Assembly: GCA_963734275.1 (NCBI GenBank)
Contig: CAVTGO010000016.1
Span: forward strand, 35,097-99,096
Source of the DNA: an uncultured Actinomycetes bacterium
GTDB taxonomy: Bacteria; Actinomycetota; UBA4738; HRBIN12
Direction of reading: 5' to 3'
DNA length: 64,000 nt
This document shows positions 52,052-61,949 of this stretch, in pieces. The stretch's first letter is position 1. Every line of letters begins with the position of its first letter. The notes under the pieces are model-generated. The model saw only the letters and a program-made list of their open reading frames with translations, searched no databases and was not told where the DNA came from. Both the position numbers and the translations under genes were made by a program.

Positions 52052-55000
52052 ATGCAGTTCAAGGTGCTCGGTCCCCTCGAGGTCAAGGGAGAGCACGGCC
52101 CACTCGCCCTCGGCGGGCCCAAGCAGCGTGCGGTTCTGGCCCACCTCATCGTTCGAGCCAACCAGGTGATGCCCACGGACCTCCTCGTCGACCACGTCTG
52201 GGGAGAGGAGCCGCCCGACGCGGTTCGAAACACGCTGCAGACGTACGTGTCTCGCCTGCGGAAGCTGCTCGGACCCGATCGGCTCGAAAGTCGCGTGCCC
52301 GGCTACGTGCTCCACCTCGCGGCGGACGAGCTGGATGCCACTCGTTTCGAGCTCCTGCTTCGTGAGGCGCGGGCCGCCGACGGTCAGTCCGAACGCGCGG
52401 CCGGGCTCTTGCGCGAGGCGCTTGGCCTGTGGGCCGGGCCGGCGTTCGCCGACCTGGCCGCCGAGGAGTCGCTCGCGGGGGAGATCGCGCGCCTCGAGGA
52501 GCTTCGTCTCCAAGCTCTCGAGGAGCGACTCGCGGCGGATCTGGACTCCGGGCGAGGCGGCGAGGTGATCGGCGAGCTCGAGTCGCTCACCCGCGAACAG
52601 CCTCTGCGCGAGCACCTGTGGGCGAGCCTCATGCTCGCGCTCTATCGAGTCGGACGGCAGGCCGACGCGCTCGCCGCCTTCCAGCGCGCTCGAGAGATCC
52701 TCGCCGACGAGTTGGGCGTCGACCCGTCGCCCGATCTGCAGCGCCTGCAGGAACGGGTCCTCCGGCAGGACCCGGAGCTGGAGCTCAAGGGCGAGCCGCT
52801 CCGCGGCTACCGGTTGCTCGACAAGCTCGGCGAGGGCGCCTTCGGCTCCGTGTACCGCGCGATCCAGCCGCAGGTCGAGCGCGAGGTAGCGATCAAGTCG
52901 ATCCACGCGGAGCTCGCGAACCAGCCCGACTTCGTGCGCCGGTTCGAGCGCGAGGCGCAGCTCGTCGCGCGCCTCGAGCATCCGCACATCGTGCCGCTGT
53001 ACGACTACTGGCGCGAGCCGGACGCCGCCTACCTGATCATGCGGTACCTGCGCGGCGGGAGCCTCGACGACCTGCTCGACGCGGGGCCGCTCGAGCTCGA
53101 GCCCGCCGCCAAGATCCTCGACCAGGTCGGTGCGGCGCTCGCCGCGGCGCACCAGCAGGGCGTGGTGCATCGCGACGTCAAACCGGGCAACGTTCTGTTG
53201 GACGACGAGGGCAACGCGTACCTGTCGGACTTCGGCATCGCGCTCGAGACGGGCGCCCCCGAGCAGACCGCCGGGACGATGATCCGCGGGACGCCCGCAT
53301 ACCTCTCACCCGAGCAGATCAGGTTGGAACAGACGACGCCGCGCTCGGACGTCTATTCGCTGGGCGTCGTGCTGTTCGAGATGCTGACGGGTACCCACCC
53401 CTTCCCCGACACCTCGCTCAACGTCCTCCTCGACCAGCACCTGCACCACCCGATCCCCTCGGTCCGGGACAAGCGACCGGCCGTTCCCCCCACGGTCGAC
53501 GCCGCGATCGCGCGGGCCACGGCGAAGGATCCTGAGGCGCGGTTCGCCGATGTCCTCGAGCTCTGCGCCGCCTTCCGAGACGCGATCGGTGGCAAGGGCC
53601 GACCGGTCGCGGTCGCTCGCGGAGAGCTGCGGAACCCCTACAAGGGACTGAGAGCGTTCCACGAGCCCGACAGCGCGGACTTCTTCGGACGCGAGCTGCT
53701 CACGCGGCGGCTGGTCGAGCGGCTCGCCGAGAACGGCGCGGCCCGGTTCCTGTGTGTCGTTGGACCGTCGGGGTCTGGGAAGTCTTCCGTCGTGAGAGCC
53801 GGGCTCGTGCCGGCGATCCGACGTGGGGTGATCCCCGGTTCGGATCGGTGGTACGTCGTCGACCTGATCCCGGGCGCCCATCCGTTACGGGAGCTCGAAA
53901 CAGCGCTCCTCAGCGTCAGCGTGGACCCGCCCCCGTTCCTGCTCGACGAGCTCGAGCGCGACGAGCTCGGCCTGACCCGCGTTGTGGACCGGCTGCTGCC
54001 CGACCCCGACGCAGAGCTGCTCATCGTGCTCGACCAGCTCGAGGAGCTCTTCACGATGGTCGAAAGCGATGCCGAACGCGCGCACCTGTTGGAGAGCATC
54101 CGAGCGGCGACCGCCGACCCGAAGTCCCGCCTCCGCGTCGTCGCGACGCTCCGCGCCGACTTCTTCGACCAGCCGTTGTCGGTTCGAGGGTTCGGCGACC
54201 TGCTTGCATCCCGGCACGAGGCGGTCACCCCGATGTCGCCGGAGGAGCTCGAGCGCGCGATCGTCGGCCCGGCCGAGCGCGTCGGTCTGGACGTCGAGCC
54301 GGGGCTCGTGGCCGCGATGGTCGCCGACGTGATCGACCGGCCCGGGGCGCTGCCGCTCCTCCAGTACGCGCTCACCGAGCTGGCCAGCCGCGAGGACGTC
54401 GCCGCGCTCACGCTGAACGCCTACCGGAAGATCGGGGGCGTCACCGGCGCCCTCGCGCGCCGCGCCGAGCACCTGTACGACGCGCTGGACCAGGGCGGGC
54501 GAGTTGCGTGCCGCCAGCTGTTCCTGCGGCTCGTGACCCTCGGCGAGGGCACGGAGGACACCCGACGCCGCGTCCGCCGCTCGGAGCTTCCACACCTCGA
54601 CGGCGGGGCGATGGACGCCGTGATCGACGCCTTCGGGCGGCACCGCTTGCTCTCGTTCGATCGCGATCCTTCAACCAGGGAACCGACGATCGAGATCGCG
54701 CACGAGGCCCTCCTGCATGCGTGGGCGCGCCTCCGTGGCTGGATCGACGAGGGCCGCGAGGAACTGCGGATCCGCAACGGGCTCGCTGCCTCCGCCGCCG
54801 AATGGCTCACGAACGAGCGGGACGAGAGCTTCCTCCTTCGTGGTGCCCGACTCGAGAGCGTGGCGACCTGGTCGGAGACGACCACGATCGCCTTGTCGAC
54901 CGACGATCGCGCGTACCTCGCCGACAGTGTCCGGGCGCGAGACGTCCAGCGGGCCGAGGAGGAGCAGCGGGTCGCCCGTGAGCGCGCGCTCGAACACCGA

Positions 55001-57592
55001 TCCGTCGTCCGGATGCGAGGGCTGGTCGCGGTGCTCGTGGCGGCGGCGCTCGTCGCCGCCACCCTGACGGCGATCGCGGCTGGTCAGCGGGGTCGAGCCG
55101 AGCGTGGGGAGCGCATCGCGACGGCGCGCGAGCTCGCGTCGGCAGCAACCGCGAACCTCGAGGTCGATCCCCAGCGGAGCATCCTCCTCGCCCTGGCGGC
55201 TGTGGACACGACCAGGCAGGACGGGACCGTCCTCCGGGAAGCCGAGGAGGCGCTGCACCGGGCGGTGGCCTCCGATCGAGAGATCCTGACGCTGCAGACG
55301 AACGGCTGGATGGCGACCAGCCCCGATGGCCACCTGATCGCCACTGGAGGGATCGACGAGAGCACTCCAGGGAACGACGTGTTCGTCTGGGACGCACGCA
55401 CGGGCGACCGACTGCAGACACTGACGACGTCCCTCGAGACGACGGAACTCGGCTTCAGCCCTGATGGACGCCGTCTCATCGCGCTGGCGACGGGGGCCGA
55501 GTCGATCGTGTACCGATGGGACACGCGCTCCTGGCAGGAGCTGCGCAGGCTGAACGTGGGCCGCGAGGTCCCGTACCCCGCGACCATGGCGTTCAGCCCG
55601 GACGGCCGCCTACTGGCGGTGACCGGCGCCGACGGGATCGTCTCGATCCTTGATGCCGAGACCGGCCGCGTCGTGCAGGAGCTGCGAGCGCCGCGATCGG
55701 GATTCCTCGGCGTCACGTTCAGCCGCGACAGTGCGCGCGTCGCCGCGGCACCGAACTTCGGTGGGAACGTGATCCCCGTCTGGGATGTCCGGACCGGGCG
55801 AAGAGTGATGGAGCTTGGCGGTGGTGACTTCAGCGTCGCGTACAGCCCCGACGGGAGTCGTATCGCGGCCGGAAGTGCCGGGGGAACGCCGAAGGTCTAC
55901 GACGCCCAGACCGGGGACGAACTGCTCACCCTCCAGGGGCATACGGGTTTTGTCTGGGGGGTGCAGTTCAGCCTGGACGGACAGGTGCTGGCCACAGCGG
56001 GGGACGACGGCACCGCCAGGGTCTGGGACGCACACACCGGAGCGCAATTGCTCGTCCTCCACGGTCATGCCGGGACGGTCTTCGGGCTGCGCTTCAGCCC
56101 CGACGGCCGCCGTCTCGTCACGGCCGGGGGCGACAGCACGGTGCGGGTATGGGACATCTCGCCATCGGGCAGCCGCGAGCTCGTGACGATGGAAGATCCT
56201 TTGGGTCTCCAGGCCGTCTCGTACAGCCCCGACGGCTCCCGCCTGTTGGCGGTGAGCGGCTGGGGCGCCGACCGCCTATGGGATGCTTCGACCGGGAACC
56301 TCATCGCAAGCGCGTGGTCGGATTCGGGGGACGCGGCGTTCAGCCCCGATGGAGAGCGTTTCGTCACGGCTGGTACGCCAACCCTCCGGGACGCGTCGTC
56401 GGGCGAGGACGTGCGCGCGATGGACATCCGCGACGGCGATTACTACACGAACGTCGCGTACAGCCCCGATGGAACGCTGATCGCCGGCGGACTCGCGGAC
56501 AACAGCCCCGGAACAGGGACCGTGACCGTGTGGAACGCGGCCACGGGAGCCCGCGTGCGAACGCTGGGCGAAGCTGCCGGGAAGATCGATTCGCTGAACG
56601 ACGTTGCCTTCAGCCCGGATGGGTCCCTCCTCGCGGGGATCGCTCAAAGTGCAGAGGTTCACGTATGGAACGTCTCCTCGGGCCAGGAGCTCCTGAGCTT
56701 CCAGGGGCAGACTGAGTCGGGGCACGCCGCCGCCTTCAGCCCGGACGGATCCCTCCTCGCGACGTCGGGTGCCGATGGGGCGGCGCTCTGGAGGATCCCG
56801 TCCGGGGAACTGGCCGCGAGGCTCACCGGACATGCGGGCAACATCCTCGGCGTCGCATTCAGTCCGGACGGGAAGCACCTCGCCACGGCGAACCAGGACC
56901 ACACGGCGAGCATCTGGGACGTCGCGACAGGGAGGGAGCTCCTCACGCTGTTCGGTTCCACGGGCAGCCTCAACGGCGTGGCCTTCAGCCCGGACGGCAC
57001 GGAACTCGCCACGTCGAGCGACGACGGCACGCTGCGCGTCCTGGCCCTGCAAGTCGAGGATCTCGTCAAGCTGGCCCGAGCCCACCTCAGCGAGGGGTTC
57101 AGCGAGGCGGAGTGTCGCCAGTACCTGCACCTCGACGCGTGCCCCGACTCGATGGGTATCGCGAGCCCTCTCGTCGGCGACGCGGACGTCGAGCCCCACC
57201 CGGACGACGGCGGTCCCGAGGGTGCCTTCCGCGTCACGATCGTCCCCGCCGACCTGAGCGGCCCTTTCACCAAGGAAGACATCCACTGGAACATCGGTGA
57301 TCGGACGCTCTCGATGTTCGACGGCACCTGGCGACTTCACCAACAGATGCCCGACGGGGAGACGTGGGACACGTCGGGGACGTACGCGGTGTCGGGCGAT
57401 CGGATCACGTTCACGGATCTGCAGGACCCCGGCTGCTTCGGTCTCCAACATTCCGCCCGATGGTCGTTGAGCGGAGCAACCCTGACGATGACCGACGTGG
57501 ACACGCTCGCTGTGCCCTGCGGTGATCGAGCGTTCTTCGAGGCGCTGCTGGAGGGGATCTTCGGATCCCACGGCTGGAGCCGGGTCGTCTAG
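52052..57592 (+). CDS. SARP (wHTH+BTAD) - Ser/Thr kinase - STAND NTPase - TM - WD40 protein with extra C-terminal domain
   Basis: Intact ORF; MQFKVLGPL, BTAD, HRDVKPGN/DFG, GPSGSGKSS, TM GLVAVLVAAALVAATLTAIAA, many WD40 repeats, CRQYLH, ~140-aa extra domain. Confidence 0.9.
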   Translation: MQFKVLGPLEVKGEHGPLALGGPKQRAVLAHLIVRANQVMPTDLLVDHVWGEEPPDAVRNTLQTYVSRLRKLLGPDRLESRVPGYVLHLAADELDATRFELLLREARAADGQSERAAGLLREALGLWAGPAFADLAAEESLAGEIARLEELRLQALEERLAADLDSGRGGEVIGELESLTREQPLREHLWASLMLALYRVGRQADALAAFQRAREILADELGVDPSPDLQRLQERVLRQDPELELKGEPLRGYRLLDKLGEGAFGSVYRAIQPQVEREVAIKSIHAELANQPDFVRRFEREAQLVARLEHPHIVPLYDYWREPDAAYLIMRYLRGGSLDDLLDAGPLELEPAAKILDQVGAALAAAHQQGVVHRDVKPGNVLLDDEGNAYLSDFGIALETGAPEQTAGTMIRGTPAYLSPEQIRLEQTTPRSDVYSLGVVLFEMLTGTHPFPDTSLNVLLDQHLHHPIPSVRDKRPAVPPTVDAAIARATAKDPEARFADVLELCAAFRDAIGGKGRPVAVARGELRNPYKGLRAFHEPDSADFFGRELLTRRLVERLAENGAARFLCVVGPSGSGKSSVVRAGLVPAIRRGVIPGSDRWYVVDLIPGAHPLRELETALLSVSVDPPPFLLDELERDELGLTRVVDRLLPDPDAELLIVLDQLEELFTMVESDAERAHLLESIRAATADPKSRLRVVATLRADFFDQPLSVRGFGDLLASRHEAVTPMSPEELERAIVGPAERVGLDVEPGLVAAMVADVIDRPGALPLLQYALTELASREDVAALTLNAYRKIGGVTGALARRAEHLYDALDQGGRVACRQLFLRLVTLGEGTEDTRRRVRRSELPHLDGGAMDAVIDAFGRHRLLSFDRDPSTREPTIEIAHEALLHAWARLRGWIDEGREELRIRNGLAASAAEWLTNERDESFLLRGARLESVATWSETTTIALSTDDRAYLADSVRARDVQRAEEEQRVARERALEHRSVVRMRGLVAVLVAAALVAATLTAIAAGQRGRAERGERIATARELASAATANLEVDPQRSILLALAAVDTTRQDGTVLREAEEALHRAVASDREILTLQTNGWMATSPDGHLIATGGIDESTPGNDVFVWDARTGDRLQTLTTSLETTELGFSPDGRRLIALATGAESIVYRWDTRSWQELRRLNVGREVPYPATMAFSPDGRLLAVTGADGIVSILDAETGRVVQELRAPRSGFLGVTFSRDSARVAAAPNFGGNVIPVWDVRTGRRVMELGGGDFSVAYSPDGSRIAAGSAGGTPKVYDAQTGDELLTLQGHTGFVWGVQFSLDGQVLATAGDDGTARVWDAHTGAQLLVLHGHAGTVFGLRFSPDGRRLVTAGGDSTVRVWDISPSGSRELVTMEDPLGLQAVSYSPDGSRLLAVSGWGADRLWDASTGNLIASAWSDSGDAAFSPDGERFVTAGTPTLRDASSGEDVRAMDIRDGDYYTNVAYSPDGTLIAGGLADNSPGTGTVTVWNAATGARVRTLGEAAGKIDSLNDVAFSPDGSLLAGIAQSAEVHVWNVSSGQELLSFQGQTESGHAAAFSPDGSLLATSGADGAALWRIPSGELAARLTGHAGNILGVAFSPDGKHLATANQDHTASIWDVATGRELLTLFGSTGSLNGVAFSPDGTELATSSDDGTLRVLALQVEDLVKLARAHLSEGFSEAECRQYLHLDACPDSMGIASPLVGDADVEPHPDDGGPEGAFRVTIVPADLSGPFTKEDIHWNIGDRTLSMFDGTWRLHQQMPDGETWDTSGTYAVSGDRITFTDLQDPGCFGLQHSARWSLSGATLTMTDVDTLAVPCGDRAFFEALLEGIFGSHGWSRVV

Positions 57593-57651
57593 CAGACTGG
57601 TACAGATCGAGAGGGTCGAGACGTCATCGGCGAAGGTGTAGCGTCCGCCGC

Positions 57652-57741
57652 GTGACGCGCTTCGTCGTCGACTGCGAGACGCTGCTCCGGATCGCCGCTG
57701 GCGAGACCAAGGTCGCCGCCGAACACAAGCTCGTTGCGCCG
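57652..57741 (+). pseudogene. PIN/VapC-like toxin N-terminal remnant
   Basis: MTRFVVDCETLLRIAAGETKVAAEHKLVAP breaks off at a junction-motif copy. Confidence 0.55.
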
Positions 57742-58013
57742 AGGAACGTCGTCCGCGGATCGAGAAGGTGGTGGACCGTCTGTTTACAGGGGGAGGAGGC
57801 GGTCCTCCGCGTGATGGGTTAGGAGATAGGGCCCTCCGAAACGGCATCCCTGCGCGAGAAAGCAACGGCATGTCGGGGGACCGTGACCGGGGTGACGCGC
57901 CCATCCCCCCGCTGACTCGGGCGAAGGCCAGGCTCGCGCGCACGGCGACGCCCACGAGCTCGTTCAGCGTGCCGGTGCCGGCGTAGAGTGTTCTCGGTCG
58001 ATCGGAGGCTCTC

Positions 58014-58583
58014 ATGGGTTCAGGGCCGGTGAAGCCCAGGTTCTTGAGGCTCGGCGCCGTCGTCATCGTCCTCGTTGTGGCCGCTGTCGGGGGCCTCGCC
58101 GTTTTGCGAGTGATCCGCGGCGATCTGCCGTCGGAGGCCGAGAAGGCCGAACAGATCGGGCGCCTCAAGGCCACGGTCCTGCCCGTCCTCGAGGACCTGA
58201 AGGTCGAGTACTTCATGGACGCGGCCGGGTGCGCCATCCTCACCTACCCGCGCGGCGATTTCTTCGACGGAGACCCCGAGGACTGCGGTGGCTTCAATGA
58301 CCGCGCTGTCCAGTTCGACGACGTTGCGCGCGCCGACCACCATCTGATCAAGGCCGCCCTGGCGGCGTCCGGGACCCCCATCGAGCGGGTCGGTGGCACG
58401 TTCTTGAGTGATGGCCGCGTCAGCTGGGCCTTTTTCATGTCCACCCACGGCGCGCCCTTCGCGACGTCGTGGTCGCTGGAGTACGACCCCGAGGGCACGC
58501 GCTCGCCGGGGCCTGCGGGAATCGTGACGCTCACGCCGGTCGAGGGCGAGCAGGACTGGTGGTTCGCCTGCTGCGCGGACTGA
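58014..58583 (+). CDS. hypothetical membrane-anchored protein
   Basis: RBS GGAGG, N-terminal TM, GC3-rich. Confidence 0.65.
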   Translation: MGSGPVKPRFLRLGAVVIVLVVAAVGGLAVLRVIRGDLPSEAEKAEQIGRLKATVLPVLEDLKVEYFMDAAGCAILTYPRGDFFDGDPEDCGGFNDRAVQFDDVARADHHLIKAALAASGTPIERVGGTFLSDGRVSWAFFMSTHGAPFATSWSLEYDPEGTRSPGPAGIVTLTPVEGEQDWWFACCAD

Positions 58584-58927
58584 CGATCGGAGCCGTCGTG
58601 CAGGGTAACAATCCGCACTGACAACCCGAACTCAACGAGTTCATCAGGACGCGTGGCTACGCCGTCGGACTGTCGGCGGCTATGTACGTTCTTGAAACGT
58701 CACCGGTTCACGCGGCCATCCGCGATGTGGTGAGGCGCCTAGAGTAGGTCGGGGTTGAAAGCGTCACCGGGTGACTCGGCAAGGGACAGGTGCCGCGTTG
58801 TGAGTGCGCTGCTCCTAAGGTCTACGCCAAAGGAACATTGTCCGCGGATCGAGATGTTGAGACGTCCGCTTTGCGGGGGATGACGGCACGTGTGTTGGAT
58901 GCGGCCGCGACTGTCGTCCCGTCGCTT

Positions 58928-59356
58928 CTACGACTCCAAGGCGGACTCGATCGGCCGCGGAGTGGTTATGGGATCGGCATGTCGATGGACAACCTTCCAC
59001 GCATCGTCTTCACGTCGGAATATGGTCGTCACGCGAAGCGAAACTGGCGCGATCTCATCGGCATCGCCCGCCTTCAACCGGGTCCGCTCGATCTCGACGA
59101 TGTACGCCATATCCCCGGTCGCATCCTCCGAGATTCGCTCGGATGCGACAGGCTCGCCCTCTCGAATCAGGGAAGCTGCACGCTCCAGGGCGTCCTCAAC
59201 TTGATTCCAGCCACGGACAGGAGGCCCCAACGGGTTGGCGAGGGTTACATCGTCGCGCCGCGAGAACAGCTTCTTCTGCGGCTCCGGGTCTCCCGTCACG
59301 AACGCGTCAACCGCTCGGTGGTATTGCTCAATCATCTCAACAAGGTCCGGCGACAA
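58928..59356 (-). CDS. DUF4440/SnoaL-like (NTF2 fold) protein
   Basis: DDVTLANPLGP, LRVTTIFRRED..WKVVHRHAD; TTG start with RBS AAGGAGG. Confidence 0.85.
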   Translation of the reverse strand: MSPDLVEMIEQYHRAVDAFVTGDPEPQKKLFSRRDDVTLANPLGPPVRGWNQVEDALERAASLIREGEPVASERISEDATGDMAYIVEIERTRLKAGDADEIAPVSLRVTTIFRREDDAWKVVHRHADPITTPRPIESALES

Positions 59357-59799
59357 CGTCTCGTCCCTCCTTGGTCTCGGCTCCACCCATACAGTAGGGG
59401 ATCCCTCCATTCCATGCTTCCCGCCGGACGTCTCGGTCTGCGCATTAGGTGCTCTGTCCACGGATCGAGCTAGTGGGAGGTCTGGATGGACGGCGTCCAA
59501 CGGCTCTCGGCGCGTGTTCATCAAGTAACCTTGTCCGCGGATCGAGAAGGTGGTGGTCGATGGGTCGTCACCTTGGGTGGACGCGCGACTGCCGGATGGC
59601 TCTCGGGCTGCAGACCCGATCTCTTGGAACCCTTTTTCGGCGCTAGGCCTCGTACTGGCCGCCGAGCTCCGCGGCTTTCTCCGTGGAACGAACGATGTCC
59701 GTAAAGAGCACCGCCTCCGCCCTTCAGGTAGCGTCCAGGGAGGACACCGGGCCGTCGGCGAGGAGGATCGTGCCGGGCGGTCGGTTGGCGTTCGTCACA

Positions 59800-60276
59800 T
59801 CACGCTAGCCTCATCACGAGCTCCTCGACATCGTCGGCGACCCGGCCGGACCCGGGCGGCTCCTCCTCGACGATCGTGAACCCGCACTTCTGCAAGACGC
59901 GGAGTGAGGCCACGTTGTGCTTCGCCACGTGCGCATAGAGAGGACGTGTCTGGACCTGACGCAGGAAGGACGACACCGCCTTCGTGGCAACACCCTTCCC
60001 CCAATGCTCCATCCCGATCCAGTAGCCGATCTCGCGTCGCCCGTCCTGCTCCCAGCTCCCGATGTTGCCGGCCACCTCCCCCTGCAGCACGACGGCCCTG
60101 GTGATGTTGTTGTCGTTGTTCGAGATCTTCGCCCAGTGAGCCACGAACGTGTCCCAGTCCCTGGCCGGGAATGCCGCCATGGCGTTGGCGGCTGGTTGCC
60201 GCTGATACTCGAAGAGGATCGGCAGGTCTTCGGGCAGGACATCGCGAAGGATGACGACCTCCTCGTCCTCCGGCAT
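59800..60276 (-). CDS. GNAT (RimJ/RimL-like) N-acetyltransferase
   Basis: EIGYWIG..HWGKGVAT, HNVASLRVLQKCGF. Confidence 0.9.
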   Translation of the reverse strand: MPEDEEVVILRDVLPEDLPILFEYQRQPAANAMAAFPARDWDTFVAHWAKISNNDNNITRAVVLQGEVAGNIGSWEQDGRREIGYWIGMEHWGKGVATKAVSSFLRQVQTRPLYAHVAKHNVASLRVLQKCGFTIVEEEPPGSGRVADDVEELVMRLA

Positions 60277-60597
60277 TCCTCTCACGCCTCCCCTCACAGA
60301 ACGAACGAGATTCTAGGTCGTTCGGCACCCAAGGCCCGGCCGGGATGGCGGGGCCTCCGGTAGCGCTACTTCTTGGCGTTGTTACGGCTTGCGGGTGGCC
60401 GACTTCGCTGCAATCGCCATGCTCATGGCCGCTTCAGCCGCGGCGCTAAGCCGAGTTTCGGCCTGACAAGGGGTGCAGACCAGCTTCTATGCGCCCCCTT
60501 TTTCTCCAGCGTGGCGACGCGTGATCTGAGATTTCACTACGATCGGTTGCCCACGTTGCCACGGGCAAGGTGGAGCGGATCTTCGAAGGGGGAGGCG

Positions 60598-61041
60598 ATG
60601 AGCGACGAAACGACGTCACCCGATCTGGACGCAGCGGTCGAGCTGCATCATCGGGCCGGGGACATGATCATGAAGGGAAGCCATGAGGGGTACGCGGAGC
60701 TTTACTCCCGTCAGGACGACGTCACCCTGGGAAACCCCTTCGGCCCCTTCGCTCGGGGGTACGACGATGTCCTGCGGACGTTGCAGGCTGCCGCATCGCA
60801 TTACCGGGACGGCGAGGCCACCGGCGTCGAGCGCGTCTCGGAGCACGTGACGCCAGAACTTGCCTGCTTCGTCGAGGTCGAGCGCTACCGCGCCAAGGTT
60901 GGCGGGCGCGATGACATCACGCCCGTGTCGGTTCGAGTGACGAGCATCTTCCGGAGGGAAGATGGGGCGTGGAGGCTGGTGCATCGTCACGCCGATCCGA
61001 TCACCTCTTCCCGGCCGGCAGAATCCGTGATCCAGGAGTAG
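60598..61041 (+). CDS. DUF4440/SnoaL-like (NTF2 fold) protein
   Basis: DDVTLGNPFGP, RVTSIFRREDGAWRLVHRHAD; RBS GGAGG. Confidence 0.85.
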   Translation: MSDETTSPDLDAAVELHHRAGDMIMKGSHEGYAELYSRQDDVTLGNPFGPFARGYDDVLRTLQAAASHYRDGEATGVERVSEHVTPELACFVEVERYRAKVGGRDDITPVSVRVTSIFRREDGAWRLVHRHADPITSSRPAESVIQE

Positions 61042-61118
61042 CCAGTTCGGACCACCAGCCGGTGCAGACCGAGATTCTTAGCGACCCCTTGAGCCCCCCG
61101 ATGTACTTGCTGATCGTC

Positions 61119-61502
61119 TCAGGCCGCGACCGGCATACCCCGGACTGTCTTTGTCCCTCGCTGTGCCAGATGGTAGCCAAGGGCGAAGATGAATAGGGCG
61201 TTGAGCACGTGTAGCGACCGCAGCCAACGCGGATCCAGCTCCGGGTCGACGAAGAGCGGCTGCAGAAACACGAGCAGGAAGAGCACCACGGTCAGGACGA
61301 TGACGGTCCGCCCCATGCGGCCGACGATCGCGGCGATGAACATCAGGATCGGTATGAGGTGGAGGACGATGAACCCCCACTGCCGGTGCGGCTCCAGGCT
61401 CTCGCCCCCCAGTACGCCAAGGCCGGCGAAGAGAAACTGGATTGCAACAGCGAGAACGAACAGCCAGGCAAGCCCGACGAAAATCTTGCGCGCTACATCC
61501 AT
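61119..61502 (-). CDS. DUF6220-like small membrane protein
   Basis: 4 TMs, IQFLFAG, H..WG, LHVLNAL. Confidence 0.7.
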   Translation of the reverse strand: MDVARKIFVGLAWLFVLAVAIQFLFAGLGVLGGESLEPHRQWGFIVLHLIPILMFIAAIVGRMGRTVIVLTVVLFLLVFLQPLFVDPELDPRWLRSLHVLNALFIFALGYHLAQRGTKTVRGMPVAA

Positions 61503-61949
61503 CTAGGCCCTCCGCAGACCGAACGACCTGACTCCTCCCTCGCCACGGTGACAGACCTAGCCAGTCCCCACAAGTCAGGCACGTTCGTCCGGTGCTGAAC
61601 GGCCCCCGACCTCGACCAACCGGTGAACGACAGCTCGCAGGGAGTCGATGGACGCCGTTGCCGAGCTGCTTGTGCAGACCGGGCTGCCCGAGCTCGAGTA
61701 GGGCGATCGAGGGTCGGACGCTAGCGTTATGGGTTTCGGGTGTACGCACAAGGAACGTTGTCGCCGATCGAGAAGGTGAGCTGGTCTGGCTGGGCGAGGT
61801 CGCGGACCGAGCGGCCCTGACTGCCGGGTCTAGCTAGGTGCTGGCGTGAGCGTCGCGCCGCCGCCGCGACCCAGGCGTGACTCTCGTGCAGCTACCATCG
61901 TCCCGACGGTGACGGTGACATTCAAGAAGCAAGGGGGAGCAATCCGCCT

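Larger units (their letters stand above)
48693..61780 (+). repeat. dispersed ~35-40 bp junction motif, 6 copies plus partials
   Basis: Consensus approx GTCTACGCACAAGGAACnTTGTCCGCGGATCGAGAAGGTG at ~48693, 49707, 57742, 58819, 59514, 61740; partial cores at ~57605 and 59455. Confidence 0.75.

Noticed and set aside
48693-61780. Calling the junction motif a classical integron attC or a CRISPR repeat
   Set aside because: No clear RYYYAAC...GTTRRRY palindromic structure, irregular kb-scale spacing, no intI or cas in the window
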